Shown here: positions 1 through 11,034 of the stretch, piece by piece
Layout: every line of letters begins with the position of its first letter
How positions within the stretch are numbered: the first letter of the stretch is position 1
Assembly (NCBI GenBank): GCA_000092065.1
Contig: CP000584.1
Strand: one strand, 5' to 3'
Length of the DNA stretch: 64,000 nt
Source of the DNA: Ostreococcus lucimarinus
Taxonomy: Eukaryota
The notes under the pieces: generated by a model
Told to the model about the DNA's origin: nothing
The model's database searches: none
What the model saw: the letters and a program-made list of their open reading frames with translations, nothing else
Position numbers and translations under genes: made by a program

Positions 1-750
1 ACGACGGCTAAAAAGTTAAACAACTTGAAGCAAAACGTAAAGCACGTCGTGCTCACCGCCAACCCCCCCAGCGCCTCCGCCGCGCCGTCTCCCGTCAGCC
101 TTCCGATGAACGCCGTGTCCACCGCGCCCATGACCGGATCCAACAGCAGCTCCGCCACGCCCGGCAGCGCGAGCGCGAAAATCGACGCGTCCAGCAGCTC
201 GAGCGTCTCCGCGCTCGGCGGCGCCCGCGCCCGCCACTCCGCGCACTCGTCCCAGTCCGGAATCGCTTCCCCGGTCGCTCGATCGACGCCCAGGATCGTG
301 CGCCGCGCCCGCGTCCGCGCGTCGCGCGCCGTCGCGTCGTCGGTCGCGCGCGGTCGGGCCGTCGGCATCGCGCGTCGGCGTCGCGCCGCGCGCCCGCGCG
401 TCGCCCGCGCGACGCCGCGACGCGTCGACGGCGTCGCCCGCATCGCCCTCGGCGTCGTCGTCGCGCGCGTCGTCGCGCGCGCGCGTCTGCGCGACGCGCG
501 CGCGCGATCGCGCGATCGGTCGGTCGGTCGGTCGCGCGGTCGGTCGCCGCACCGCCGCACCGATTTATTTTTTATACTAAAAAGTACATACCACAAACGA
601 TATCGCGAATACGATACCCGTCGATCGGACGCATCGACGGGTCGTGACTCAGAAACAGGGGGACTCCCGCGCGCGCGCGCGCCGGGCCGACGCCGCGCGC
701 CGACGCCGCGCGACGACGCACCGCGGCGCGCGCGCGAGCGACCGCGCCGC

Positions 751-852
751 ATGTCGGACGTCGCGGCGCGATGCGCGGACGCCCTCGAGCGCGCCGCGCG
801 CGGCGCCGAGGGCGCGCGCGCGCGCGCGGAGGCGGTCGAACTCGCGCGGGAG
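751..852 (+). CDS. XPO5: Exportin-5 (HASTY-like) putative first coding exon (MSDVAARCADALERAARG...); tentative
   Basis: N-terminal peptide resembles the XPO5 N-terminus. A GTGCGA donor follows ...LARE. Phase-compatible acceptor near 965. Splice model by eye only. Confidence 0.3.
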
Positions 853-965
853 GTGCGACGCGACGACGCGACGCGACGAGACGCGACGACGACGCGACGA
901 CGACGCGCGACGCGACGCGATCGGTGACTGACGATGGATCGATGACGCGCGATGGCGATGCGAAG

Positions 966-1614
966 CTGAAAACGGGCGACGCGCGACGAGCGATGGAGGC
1001 GTGTCGATCGCTGTGCGCGCGGGGACGCGGGCTCGAGGCGCGACACTTCGGCTTCGGCGTGCTGCGGGACGTGGCGCGGACGCGCTGGCGAGGGCTGACG
1101 GCGGAGGAGCGGATGGAGATGGCGAGCTTGGCGCACGGGATGCTGCTGGAGGTGAGCGCGGGAGACGCGGCGGAGGCGTACGCGGTGAAATCAAAGGCGG
1201 CGACGCTCGTGGCGGAGACGGTGCGGCAGGAGGGCGCGAGTCTGTGGACGAGGTTGGTGCCGGATTTGGTGAGCATGACGACGGGGGACGAGGCGCAGAG
1301 GGCGGAGATGGGGGTGAACGTCATACGGTACGTCGCGGAGGACGTGGCGGTGTATAACGAGGACATGATAGGTGGGAAGATGCGAGAGTTGTTGGGCGGG
1401 TTGTCGAGCACGGTGGGGACGATTTTGCCGGCGATTTACGCGCTGATGGAGAAGCATTACACCAAGGCGACCGCGGCGACGGATCGCGAGGTGGCGAAAA
1501 GGCACGCCGCGGCGGTGAATGCGGCGCTCGGGGCGGCTGCGGTGTACAGCGAGTGGGCTCCGTTGGCGCCAATCATGCGGAGCGGTTTGATCGAGGCGTG
1601 TGGGATGCTCTTGG
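966..1614 (+). CDS. XPO5: Exportin-5 exon (RHFGFGVLRDVARTRWRGLTAEERMEMASLAHGMLLEV matches human XPO5 RHFGLQILEHVVKFRWNGMS...)
   Basis: Importin-beta N-terminal-like block. Exon ends at GTGCGT donor (~1615). Downstream is a low-GC intron with a T-run. Confidence 0.6.
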
Positions 1615-1833
1615 TGCGTCTAGTTTTCTTCGCGCGCGCGTCTTTTTTTTCTTCGTCCAACACACGAACACGCACGACGCCGATGATGATAATCCAATAA
1701 GGATCAACCATCCGAACATCCCTATGTGGAATTTTTGCTAGTACTGTCCGAGGCGCGCGTGAACGACAAAGCGCCGGTGTGTTTGTTTTTTTTTGACTCT
1801 CGACTGACTCGCGCCGGACGTCACGAACCGCAG

Positions 1834-3012
1834 GCGAGCGATGAATTTCGTTGCGCGGCGTGCGATGCTTTGAGACACGTCGTCGCTCGCCGTGCCAACG
1901 TCGCGCAAGGCGTGGACGAGCAAGATGATCAGGATATCATCAAGGGTTTGACGCTCGCGGCGAACGCGATGTCCACGGCGGCGGAACGCGTGATTTCGCA
2001 CCCGAACCAAGCCGATCTCGTGAGCGATCCAGAAGAAGTCATGTTCATCAAGAGACTGGGTGAGACGATGGCATCGATGGCGGGGTACCATCTCAGCACG
2101 ATCACGGACGAGAGCACGCGTAACGTGTTCCTCGAGCGATTGATGGGGCTGTCGCGATTTCCTAGTTTGGAGGTTTTGGACGTCGTTATCGGCGCGTGGC
2201 CGGTGATGCTCCGCGCCATGGGTGCCGAGCTTCCCAAGACGTTCGTGCGAGGACCACCGTCGCAAGGAGTTAATAATCCATACAACGCGCAAAAGCTCGA
2301 GCCGAACGGGATTCTTCCCATGGGCGCTCCCGAGGTTTTGCTCGAAATCTCGCGCGTGTGGCTCAACGCCGGCGCGGGCATCGCCTCTGGGTTTGACACC
2401 AATGGTATTCCGGGTAATAAAGCGGAAGATTGGGCCGATGAATTCGAAAGCGTGGTAGAGCTTCGCGAGACGTGGGTGCAGCTTCGGGCGAAATGGATGG
2501 ACATCACCAAGTTGTGCACGGCGTTGTGTCCGAGCAGCGCGGCGAATCAAGCGTCGCAAAACACGCTGATGGTGATTTCGTGGACGCAACCAGGCGGACC
2601 TTTGGCGAATAGCTCGGATGAAACGAAATGCGCGGCTCTGGAGGGTGCGACGTCGTTTTTAGAAGCCATCATGGTCGCTCTTCCGACCGAGGGTCCGTCG
2701 TTTATGGGCTTCGCTAGCACGTTGGAGGCGCTCCTCGGCCAGCTCGTGGCGATTGACTTCAAGGCGCCGCTGAGCAACGCGCAGGTGTCCAAATTGCTCG
2801 AAACGTTCGGCAAGTTTGCCCGGGCGCGTCCAGAAGTGGCTCTGACGATAATGAGTCGACTTTTTACGATTTTGAATGAATTGCCCGCCGACGTACAATC
2901 TGGAGCGCCGCCGGTGCGGCAGCGCGACATCGTCGCGAGCGGGCGCACGGGCCAGGCGGCGAGACAAAAAGTGTGCGCGGCGATTCTCATAGTTTGTTCA
3001 GCGGCCCCAACG
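1834..3012 (+). CDS. XPO5: Exportin-5 exon
   Basis: Begins after ...CCGCAG acceptor (~1833) in frame (ASDEFRCAAC...). Ends at GTACGT donor (~3013). HEAT-like helical sequence (EEVMFIKRLGETMAS... aligns with XPO5 HYVFLKRLCQVL). Confidence 0.65.
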
Positions 3013-3253
3013 GTACGTCAATCGATGCGCTCGACTGATTTTCGACACCAAAGCGCCTCTTAGAAAACTTGACGAGCCTTTTCACTCGTTTCGATTTATG
3101 CTGGGGCGCGAAATAAATTCGCGAACGCGGCTCGAGCGCAGCCTCTTCGGCGGCTTCTCTTCGATTCGTGGTCGCCACATATTTTTGACGCGCGCGATTC
3201 GAGATTACATCGACTGACGGACAACGCGAACGTGTTTCACATCACGGCAACAG

Positions 3254-5044
3254 GCTTTGAACCCACATCTGGAGGCTTTTGCCTCTCAAATCGAAACCAT
3301 GAAATCTTCCGGACGACTGAGCGGCGCCGAGCGAGGTTCGCTCGCCGAGGCGCTCCTCGCGGTTGCTGGGCCGTCCGGCGCGCAGCGCGTGCGCGAAGTT
3401 CTCGAGTGGCTGCTGTCATCCGTCCGAAATAGATGGGTTCCTGGGGGTGCGCTCTCGCCAGAGGTTGAGCATCTGTTGGCCATTTCTACGATGGCGGCGG
3501 GCGAAGCCGCCGGCGGAACGCAAGGCTTGTCGTCGGCGCACTGGGAGCTGTTTCACGACGTACAACTCACCGAGCGTTGTCTTCGACGGAGTTTGGGTGA
3601 TGCGGAAACAGCTAAAGTACCGACAGGTTTGATGAAGCCCGTGGACCCACCGCCACCGATATCGGAATGTCCGGCAGTGGATCATATGGAATGGGCCGTC
3701 TCGCTCGTCTCGTGCTTGGCGCGAAGAATTCACTCGTACTGGACTCCGCAAGGGAGCGCGGCGATGCACAGTTGCCAATTAGGCGCGGCGCTTGGAATGA
3801 GCCCCGAAGAGAAGGCGGCGTATTTGATTCACGGTCCGGCGCGAACGCAAGTTCTCAACGAGGAAGAACCCGGGACGAGCACGACGGCGAGCGCGTCTCG
3901 CGATTGGATGCGATGCCTGCGCGATTGCTCGTACTCGGTCTTCGCGTTGTTCAGCATTCACGCTCCCGCGGCATTTTACCCGAACCAAGCCTTAGCGAGC
4001 GCGTGTGGTGGGTCTATGTTAGCTGATCTGCCGTACATGGAGCTCAGGCACGTTCGTCAAGTCGTGCACGCGGCGGTGCGACCGATCATGGGGCGGTGTC
4101 CGGCGGCGCATCGCGCGATGTGGCAGACGGCGCTCGTGAACCCGCTGTGCGCGGCGCTGCACGACCGCCTCGCCAAGGAATGGGCGAACACGCGCGTGGT
4201 GAACGCGACCAAGGCGCAAGAAAGAGGAGATGAAGACGACGAGACGGATGGCGTCGAGGTGAATGATTTGATTTCTGAACGAATTCTTCGCGACATCACG
4301 CGGGACCACTGCGCGATGCTCGCCATCGTCGCGGCTCCCGAAGGCACGTTCGGGCGCAAGACCAAAGGGAGTGGGTTGACTGGTGTCATGGGTGATATGT
4401 CAAACACGCTATTAGGGACATCGTACGCCGGAGGGAAACACATATTGGATTGGATCGCGCACGGTGACGCTAACGCGATTCGCGCCGGCATCGCCACGGG
4501 GGCCGCCGCGCTCACGTGGGAAGACGCGGAATCCACCGGCCACGCCGTGAACTTTGTGCGCGGGCTGTGTGCCGCCGCCGGGAGCGCGAACGCACCGCAA
4601 GCGTTGCGAGACAACGTCGGTTCAGATGTCTTCCAAGCCACCCTCGTGGCGCTGACGCAAAGCTCCAACGCCGCGCACCAAGCCGACATTCTCGGCTTGA
4701 TTCGCGACATCATCATTTGGCTCACCCCGAAGACGCAATCCGTGGTACAAATCTTGATGAGTCTTCCCGGAATGACGCAGCAAGCCCTCGATTCATGCGT
4801 GCGAGAGCTCGGTGCCATGCGAAGCGAGAAGAAAGCCGCTAATTTCGTCAAGGACTTCTTAATCAACGCCAGCGGAGGAGGAGAAGAGCTTCGCGCCCTC
4901 GTCGAGGCGCGTTCGCAAACCAACAAGAGCGGCGTCGCGATTCAAATACCGAAGACCGCCCCGCGAAATCCAGTGAAGCAATCGACGAGTCCGGACAATC
5001 ACGGTTTCTCCGCCGAGGCGGCGTCCAACGCGATCGGACTGTGA
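3254..5044 (+). CDS. XPO5: Exportin-5 terminal exon
   Basis: Acceptor CAACAG at ~3253 joins in frame (…SAAPT|ALNPHLEAF…). Long ORF to stop at 5044. The four exons total ~1300 aa, consistent with exportin size. Confidence 0.7.
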   Translation, partial: ALNPHLEAFASQIETMKSSGRLSGAERGSLAEALLAVAGPSGAQRVREVLEWLLSSVRNRWVPGGALSPEVEHLLAISTMAAGEAAGGTQGLSSAHWELFHDVQLTERCLRRSLGDAETAKVPTGLMKPVDPPPPISECPAVDHMEWAVSLVSCLARRIHSYWTPQGSAAMHSCQLGAALGMSPEEKAAYLIHGPARTQVLNEEEPGTSTTASASRDWMRCLRDCSYSVFALFSIHAPAAFYPNQALASACGGSMLADLPYMELRHVRQVVHAAVRPIMGRCPAAHRAMWQTALVNPLCAALHDRLAKEWANTRVVNATKAQERGDEDDETDGVEVNDLISERILRDITRDHCAMLAIVAAPEGTFGRKTKGSGLTGVMGDMSNTLLGTSYAGGKHILDWIAHGDANAIRAGIATGAAALTWEDAESTGHAVNFVRGLCAAAGSANAPQALRDNVGSDVFQATLVALTQSSNAAHQADILGLIRDIIIWLTPKTQSVVQILMSLPGMTQQALDSCVRELGAMRSEKKAANFVKDFLINASGGGEELRALVEARSQTNKSGVAIQIPKTAPRNPVKQSTSPDNHGFSAEAASNAIGL

Positions 5045-5160
5045 GAACGTCCCGACGTTTCGTCCCGTCCCGCTCAGTCAACCGCCGTAGCGTTGTCGTA
5101 GACCCAACCGACTTAGACATCACTCTCGCGCGCGCCTCGATCGCTCGCCCGCGCGTAAAC

Positions 5161-6357
5161 ATGTGCGCCGCGCTCGACGCGTGCTCGACGTCCTACGCCA
5201 CCGGCGCGCGCGCGCCGCGCGCGCGTTCGCGCCGCCGCCAGCCGTCCTCTCGCGCCACCGCGCGCGCCTCGCGCGACGACGACGACGCGCCGAGGCGTCG
5301 GCACGCCCCGCCGCTTCCTCCGCTCGATCCTCGACCGCCGTTGATCACGCACTACGAAGCGCGGCGGTTGCTCGACGCGCGCGCGAACGGCGAGACGTCG
5401 TGCAAAGTCAGCTGGGATTTTCACTTTACGACGCCGAACGACGCGCGCGTGGACGCGCTCGGCGCGAGGGCGACGCTGGACGGCGACCGCGAGGTGTTCA
5501 TGGCTTGGGATGCGATCGAAACGATCGCGGGCGATGAGCGAGGGGTGTACGAGCCGGCCGATGAGGACGATTGGCTCGGAGGTGGGGCGCGCAAGGTGGT
5601 GACGTTTAGCGACGACACCGAACGAGCGGTTTCGTTGATGCCGAGCGGCGAGCGCACGTGGCCCACGGCGTTGATCGCGGGGTTTAGCATGCATAGGTTC
5701 GGCGTCGGCGTCGATCCGAAGGAAGACACGGAGAAAAAGTTGGGAGCGGTCGCGCCCATACGCAAGAATGCGCGATTGCTCGATATTTGCACGGGGTTGG
5801 CGTACACGTCGTGCATGGCGCACGCTCGAGGCGCCGACGTCACCACGATTGAACTCGATCGCACGATGACAAAGATGTGCAGAATGAACCCACATTCAAA
5901 AGCACTGTTTGAAGGCGAAATTGAGCAGTTGTACGGCAACGGTGCGGACGTCGTCAAGACGTTTGAAGACTCATGCTTTGACGTTATCATAACCGACCCG
6001 CCGACGTTTGCTCTCGCAGGCGAACTCTACTCTGCCGAATTCTACGCCGATCTCAAGCGCATCTTGCGCCCTAAAGGCAAACTGTACCACTATATTGGCG
6101 ATCCGAAGAGTGCGTCGGGTTCCGGCGTCGCCGCGGGCGTCGTCCGTCGTTTGAAGCAAGTCGGCTTTGACGCCGCCATCGACTACGACGCGCACGGCAT
6201 AGTCGCCGCCCACGACCGCGTTCGTCTCAACCGCACTTCCAAGGACAAGTCGCCGCGCAAGTCATCATCTAAATCTCGCGGTCGACGCGTCGACGACGCC
6301 TCCACGCGTCGTCCGCGCCGCGGTCGCCGTCCCGAGGACTTCGAAGACGACGAGTAG
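5161..6357 (+). CDS. Class I SAM-dependent methyltransferase (amino-methyltransferase type; LLDICTGLAYT motif I then ITDPPTF motif IV); Lys/Arg-rich C-terminal tail
   Basis: Motif I then a DPP[TF] motif IV, the gamma-class order seen in HemK/RsmD/RlmL-like N6-A/N2-G methyltransferases. First ATG at ~5161 after an Arg-rich leader. Exact family not resolved. Confidence 0.6.
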   Translation: MCAALDACSTSYATGARAPRARSRRRQPSSRATARASRDDDDAPRRRHAPPLPPLDPRPPLITHYEARRLLDARANGETSCKVSWDFHFTTPNDARVDALGARATLDGDREVFMAWDAIETIAGDERGVYEPADEDDWLGGGARKVVTFSDDTERAVSLMPSGERTWPTALIAGFSMHRFGVGVDPKEDTEKKLGAVAPIRKNARLLDICTGLAYTSCMAHARGADVTTIELDRTMTKMCRMNPHSKALFEGEIEQLYGNGADVVKTFEDSCFDVIITDPPTFALAGELYSAEFYADLKRILRPKGKLYHYIGDPKSASGSGVAAGVVRRLKQVGFDAAIDYDAHGIVAAHDRVRLNRTSKDKSPRKSSSKSRGRRVDDASTRRPRRGRRPEDFEDDE

Positions 6358-6433
6358 GTAGCCAAAATGTCATGTCAAATTTCAGGTCTATGCGCGAGTC
6401 ACGACGAACGGTCGAGTGGACTGATCGCGGATT

Positions 6434-7432
6434 TCATTTCGTGGCGTACAGGTCTATCATTGTCGAGAATCGCTCGCGCGGTGGGGGTGGTTCTTCAAGG
6501 GGGTCAAAGCCAAAATATTCGCGCAGCTGTCCTATCACTTCTTCGCGCACATCTAGTTCCGGCCACGCGCGCAAGAAGCGGTTCACCGTAGGCGTGAGCT
6601 CGCGTAGCGACACGTAGCCGTCTCGTTGATGTGACAGTGCGATTTGGACGATCAATTCCACCGCGCTGACGTACATTCGTTGCCAATCGACGACGTAATG
6701 CGCTGAATCGGGCGCGCCGTGATCTTGCGCGTATCGCAAACATTCAATCTCGTTCACATAGGCGGCAGCACCGCACGTCAACTCGTCCCAGCGACACCCG
6801 TGCTCGTGTGCGTACTTCAAACACTCCAAATGTCCTTTTTCAGCGGCATTCTGGCACGTCTCTTCGTTCCAAGGACACCCGCGCTCGTGCAAGTACTTCA
6901 AACACTCCAAATGTCCATTCGAAGCGGCATACGCGCACATTTCCTCGTATAAAGGACACCCGCGCTCGTACGCGTACTTCAAACACTCCAAATGTCCATT
7001 CTCGGCGGCAGCACCGCACGTCTCCTCGTTCCAAGGACACCCGTGCTCGTGCGCGTACTTCAAACACTCCAAATGTCCATTCTCGGCGGCATTCGCGCAC
7101 GTCAAGTCGCTCCAATCACACCCGCGCTCGCGCGCGTACTTCAAACATTCCAACTGTCCACTCATGGCGGCACTCGCGCACGTCTCCCAGTTCCACTCGT
7201 ACCCGAGCTCGAGCGCCAACCGCAAGAGTTCCAAGTCTCCGAGAAACGCCGCGCACGCCGGCACCGCCGCGCTCGTCGCAATCACAGCCGTCCCGACACG
7301 TGCGAGCGCGTCCAGACCATGATCCGCCCGATATACCGCATAATCATCCTCGTTCTCCACCGCCTCGAGCCTCATCGCCGCGAACGCCCGTCGCAACCGC
7401 CGCCTCGCGCGCGCCGCGCTCGCGCGCTCCAT
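6434..7432 (-). CDS. Ankyrin-repeat protein with at least 5 near-identical 33-aa repeats (NGHLECLKYAHEHGCPWNEETC type) and a unique C-terminal domain
   Basis: Recognisable ANK consensus (G-HLECLKYA-E-GCPW). Start placed at first ATG (MERASAARA...). The upstream part of the track ORF is Ala/Arg low-complexity reached from an alternative start. Confidence 0.65.
   Translation of the reverse strand: MERASAARARRRLRRAFAAMRLEAVENEDDYAVYRADHGLDALARVGTAVIATSAAVPACAAFLGDLELLRLALELGYEWNWETCASAAMSGQLECLKYARERGCDWSDLTCANAAENGHLECLKYAHEHGCPWNEETCGAAAENGHLECLKYAYERGCPLYEEMCAYAASNGHLECLKYLHERGCPWNEETCQNAAEKGHLECLKYAHEHGCRWDELTCGAAAYVNEIECLRYAQDHGAPDSAHYVVDWQRMYVSAVELIVQIALSHQRDGYVSLRELTPTVNRFLRAWPELDVREEVIGQLREYFGFDPLEEPPPPRERFSTMIDLYATK
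6760..7200. repeat. Tandem array of ~99-nt repeats (each encoding one ankyrin repeat), >85% identical at DNA level
   Basis: Recurring gtacttcaaacactccaaatgtccattc... units seen directly at ~99-nt spacing inside the ankyrin CDS. Confidence 0.75.
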
Positions 7433-8349
7433 CGCCGCCGCGCCGCCGTCGATGTCGACCGTCTCGGAGTGCGCGACGCCAACCGTCGCGTCGAAAAAGG
7501 CGCAAAAAATCGCCTTTAAAAGGTCCGTGTTGCGATACGAATCGTCACGATTTTCCCGCCCGAAACGCACTTTTTTAAAAAGTGACGTTGACGCGAATCG
7601 ACGACGACGCGGCGTCGCCACGCGCGCGCGCGGAATCGAACGGGACGACGCGCTCGAGATGCACCGCGCCGCCATCGCGCTGACGTTCGCCGCGCCGTCG
7701 CCGCTCGCGCGACGACGCACGATCGACGCGACGCCCGCGGATGCGCCCGCGGCGGCGCAAAGACACATCGCGCAGACGAAACGACGCGGGGACGACGCGC
7801 GAGGACGCGCGGAATCGCTCGCCGCGAGCGAACGGCGGGACGCGATGACGGATGAATTGGTGGTGTACGCGCTGGATGAGTTCGGGGGGACGCGAAGGCG
7901 CGAACGACGACGACGAGGGACGCGGGAGGGGACGACGCGCGGGACGCTCGACGGTTTGAGCGCGCGGACGAGACGCGCGAGCGAAGAAAAGGCGACGCGC
8001 GTGATGACGTGGCGCGTGGGCGCGGAAGCGCACGCGCAGACGGCGACGTTGGGGTTGTTGACGACGCCGAGAACGCGCGCGGGGACGCGACGGTCGAACG
8101 CAAACTTGCGGGCGTTGTTCGACTAGACGGCGGGCGACAGCTGGCGAGACGTCGAATCGCGGGGAACGCGTCGACGTCCGATCGCGTCGACGTCCGATCG
8201 CGCGCGCGTCGGTGCGTGCGCTAGAAAACCTAATATGTATACAGCAACTGAATGGCTAGAATGTACTAGAATTTTGTCTCAATAAGAAAAAGGTACCGTA
8301 ACACCCCTCGCGGGTCTCGTCGCTCGAACGCCGCGCTTCGCGTCGCGAA

Positions 8350-9162
8350 TCAGACGATCACCTCTCCCGTCTCCTCGCGAATCACCGCCGCGATGTGCGC
8401 TTTCGAAACCGATCGATTCGACGGCGACGACGTCCACCGCGTGCCGTCGACCGCGCGCGCGTGCTCGAGGCGCGCCGTCGCTCGTCTCGCGACGTCCCTC
8501 GCGCGCGCCCTCGCCGCCGCCGCCAAAACTTTCCCCACGTCCGCGCGCACCCGCATTCCGCGCGCCATCCCTCGACTCACCACCGCTAATCTCGCGCGCA
8601 ATCGCGCCGCCGTGAGCGCTCCTCCCGTGGCGTCTCGACTCGCTTTCGATTCGCCCAGCGGCGCGCCCAGCGCCGTCCGCGTCTCGCTCGCCTTCCCCGC
8701 TCTCTCCGCCCGTCGGCTCCGTTTCTTCGTCACAACCGTCGCGAATCCGCTCCCGATCGCTCGTCGCACCGCGCCGCCATCGCTCGCGCGTCTCCGCGCG
8801 TCTTCGTTCGTCTTCGTCTCGCCCTCGTTCCCGCGTCGTCGTCCCGCGTCGTCCTCGTCCGCAGCCTCCGCGCCCGCTCGCGCCGCGCTCGCGCGCACCG
8901 CGCGCGCCAGCGTCTCCATCAGCGTCGCGTGCGTCGCCATCGCGCTCCGCGACGCGCCGAACGCGCGCGCCGCCTCGTCGTCGACGCGTTTCCGTCCGCG
9001 CGCGAACGTCTCCGCGCCCATTCGCTGCGCGTCGTCGCACGCCGCGCGCACCGCGCGCCAGTACGCCGCGAGGCACGCGCCGCGCGTCGCGTCGTCGAGT
9101 CGCGCGCGCAGGTCGACGAGCGCGTCGCGCGCGCGCGCGCGCGCGTCGGGCGGGCGCGACAT
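8350..9162 (-). CDS. Hypothetical protein (270 aa) in an extremely GC-rich region
   Basis: Compositionally more protein-like (D/E/K/T/G variety) than the overlapping Ser/Arg/Ala-rich ORFs on the + strand. No recognisable domain. Confidence 0.25.
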   Translation of the reverse strand: MSRPPDARARARDALVDLRARLDDATRGACLAAYWRAVRAACDDAQRMGAETFARGRKRVDDEAARAFGASRSAMATHATLMETLARAVRASAARAGAEAADEDDAGRRRGNEGETKTNEDARRRASDGGAVRRAIGSGFATVVTKKRSRRAERAGKASETRTALGAPLGESKASRDATGGALTAARLRARLAVVSRGMARGMRVRADVGKVLAAAARARARDVARRATARLEHARAVDGTRWTSSPSNRSVSKAHIAAVIREETGEVIV

Positions 9163-9318
9163 GCCGAGACGCCGCGTCGGCGAGTCGCGACACTACGCGA
9201 CGCCGCGCGGCGCCCGCGTCTCCCGCGCGCGCGACGACCGCGTCCGAGGGTCCGCGCGAGCGCTCGCGCGCGCCTCGACCGCGCGCGCGTCGTCTCGGCG
9301 CGCGGGAGCCGCGCGCGC

Positions 9319-10930
9319 GATGGCGCTGACGTCGACGCGCGCGACGACGACGACGACGACGACGACGGCGCGCGACGACGCGCGACGACGACGCGCGCGA
9401 ACGACGCGAAAAAACGCGACGCGCGCGTTTCCCGCGCCGAGGGACGACGACGCGGCGACGACGACGGCGACGACGGCGCGGACGCGGAATCGAGGGCGGG
9501 CGCGGGTGAACGCGGGCGACGCGCTGCGAGGCTTGTGGAGAGAGATTAAGTATAAACCGCTGAGAGAGGATGAATCGATCGAGGCGGTGGCGCTGATGGC
9601 GGCGCTTGAACTGGCGCGACGAGGACCCGAACCGGGGGAGACGTGGACCGCGGAGCGAGAGGAGATGCGAGCGCGGGCGCGGGCGTCGATTCCGAGCGCG
9701 GTGGGGACGTATTGGCGAGCGAGGAGCGAGGCGCTGATTGAAAGTCAAGCGGTGCGGGACGCGGCGCCGTTGATGTCGAGCGCGGTGAACGTGGCGATCG
9801 CGGGGGTGGTGCTGCGGTTGTTTTTGCCGCGCGTCGCGGCGCTGCAAGCGGTGGGTGGGTTCGACGAGTTGACTGAATTTTTTGGGTTGCCGCCGAGGAG
9901 CGAGTTGAGCGGATATTTGGATCAGTTGCGAGCGTTGCCCGTGGCGGCGGTGTTCGCGGTGTACGTTGGGTTGTTCGTGGCGGAAAAGTTGACGATGACG
10001 GATGAGTTTTTGCCGATCGGCTTCGTGCTGCCCGTGGTGTCGCCGGTGGTGTTCGGCGGCGTCTTCGGAGGGACGATGGTGACGTCGCTGGCGAGCACGC
10101 TGGCGGCGAGCGTCAATTTCTTCCTCGCGCGGTACGTGTTGAAGGATAAGATATTAGGCTTTAAGTGGGGCGAAAGTGATCCCGTGGGCGAGCAAAAGTG
10201 GTTCGCCGCGCTGAGTCGAAGATTCGACTCGTCGCAATTCCCCGAGTCCACGGTGCCCGAGGGGTTCAAGTCGGCGCTCTTGCTCAGGCTGTGCCCGATT
10301 TTACCGATTCCGATAAGTGGGAACTGGTACGTGTGCGGGCTGACGCCTCTCAAATTCAAAGAGTTCTTCGCCGCGCACTTCATCGGAAGCTCGAAGACTG
10401 CGTTCATCGACGCGTATTTAGGTTCAATTTTGCTCACCGCGGTGTTCGACGAGTCATCCGTCAAGGACCAGGCGCAAGGCGCGCTCGTGTTCGAAACCGT
10501 CGCCATCATGGTTGTTTCCATCTTAGTCAGCACGTACGCCACGGAGCTCTTCACGCAGATTCTCGACGAAGAAGGCGTCGACGCGGGGGCGATGATGGGA
10601 TTCGGTTCGGAATCCAAAGACGAAGACGAAGGCGAAGACGCCGTCGACGCCACCGTCGCCTTCATCGCCGCCGCCGCCCTGCCCGTGGAACCAGCCGGCT
10701 CCACGGCGACGAGCGATGATGAACCGAAAGCCGACGACGACGAGAACGACGACGACGCCACGTCGAACGAACCTGAACTCATCCCAATCGAGCGCATGCC
10801 CGAGGATGAAAAAGTTTTAATCGCCGAAGGCGAAGCGCTCTGGCGACGCGCCGCGCGCGTCGAAGCCGAGCGTCAAAAGCTCACCATCGAAGAGATGACC
10901 GATTACGACTCCATGGGACCAGACATGTGA
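9319..10930 (+). CDS. TVP38/TMEM64 (DedA/SNARE-associated Golgi protein) family membrane protein with poly-Thr transit-peptide-like N-terminus and acidic C-terminal tail
   Basis: Family signature LLRLCPILPIPISGNWYVCGLTPLKFKEFF...LGS and multiple TM helices. N-terminal (ACG)n-encoded Thr run. Start at ATG ~9319 chosen; an alternative ATG at ~9161. Confidence 0.65.
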
Positions 10931-11034
10931 GTTGTTCGCGATCATTAGACACCACGCATTGTTTTAATCGCACCCATCCCATTCCCCTTTCGTTCGCGTC
11001 CCGCACACCGCGGCGGCCGGTACCGTCCGGCGTC

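Noticed and set aside
16-750. Long ORFs on both strands at the window start (25..927 +, 16..552 -, 572..1411 -)
   Set aside because: Arg/Ala/Ser low-complexity translations typical of GC-rich shadow frames, with (gtcg)n-type repeats. Only the segment from ~751 looks like genuine exportin N-terminus. Could be UTR/promoter or the tail of a gene outside the window.
6760-7200. Possible CRISPR-like or satellite array
   Set aside because: The periodic 99-nt units are in-frame ankyrin repeats within a CDS, not repeat-spacer architecture, and there is no cas context.
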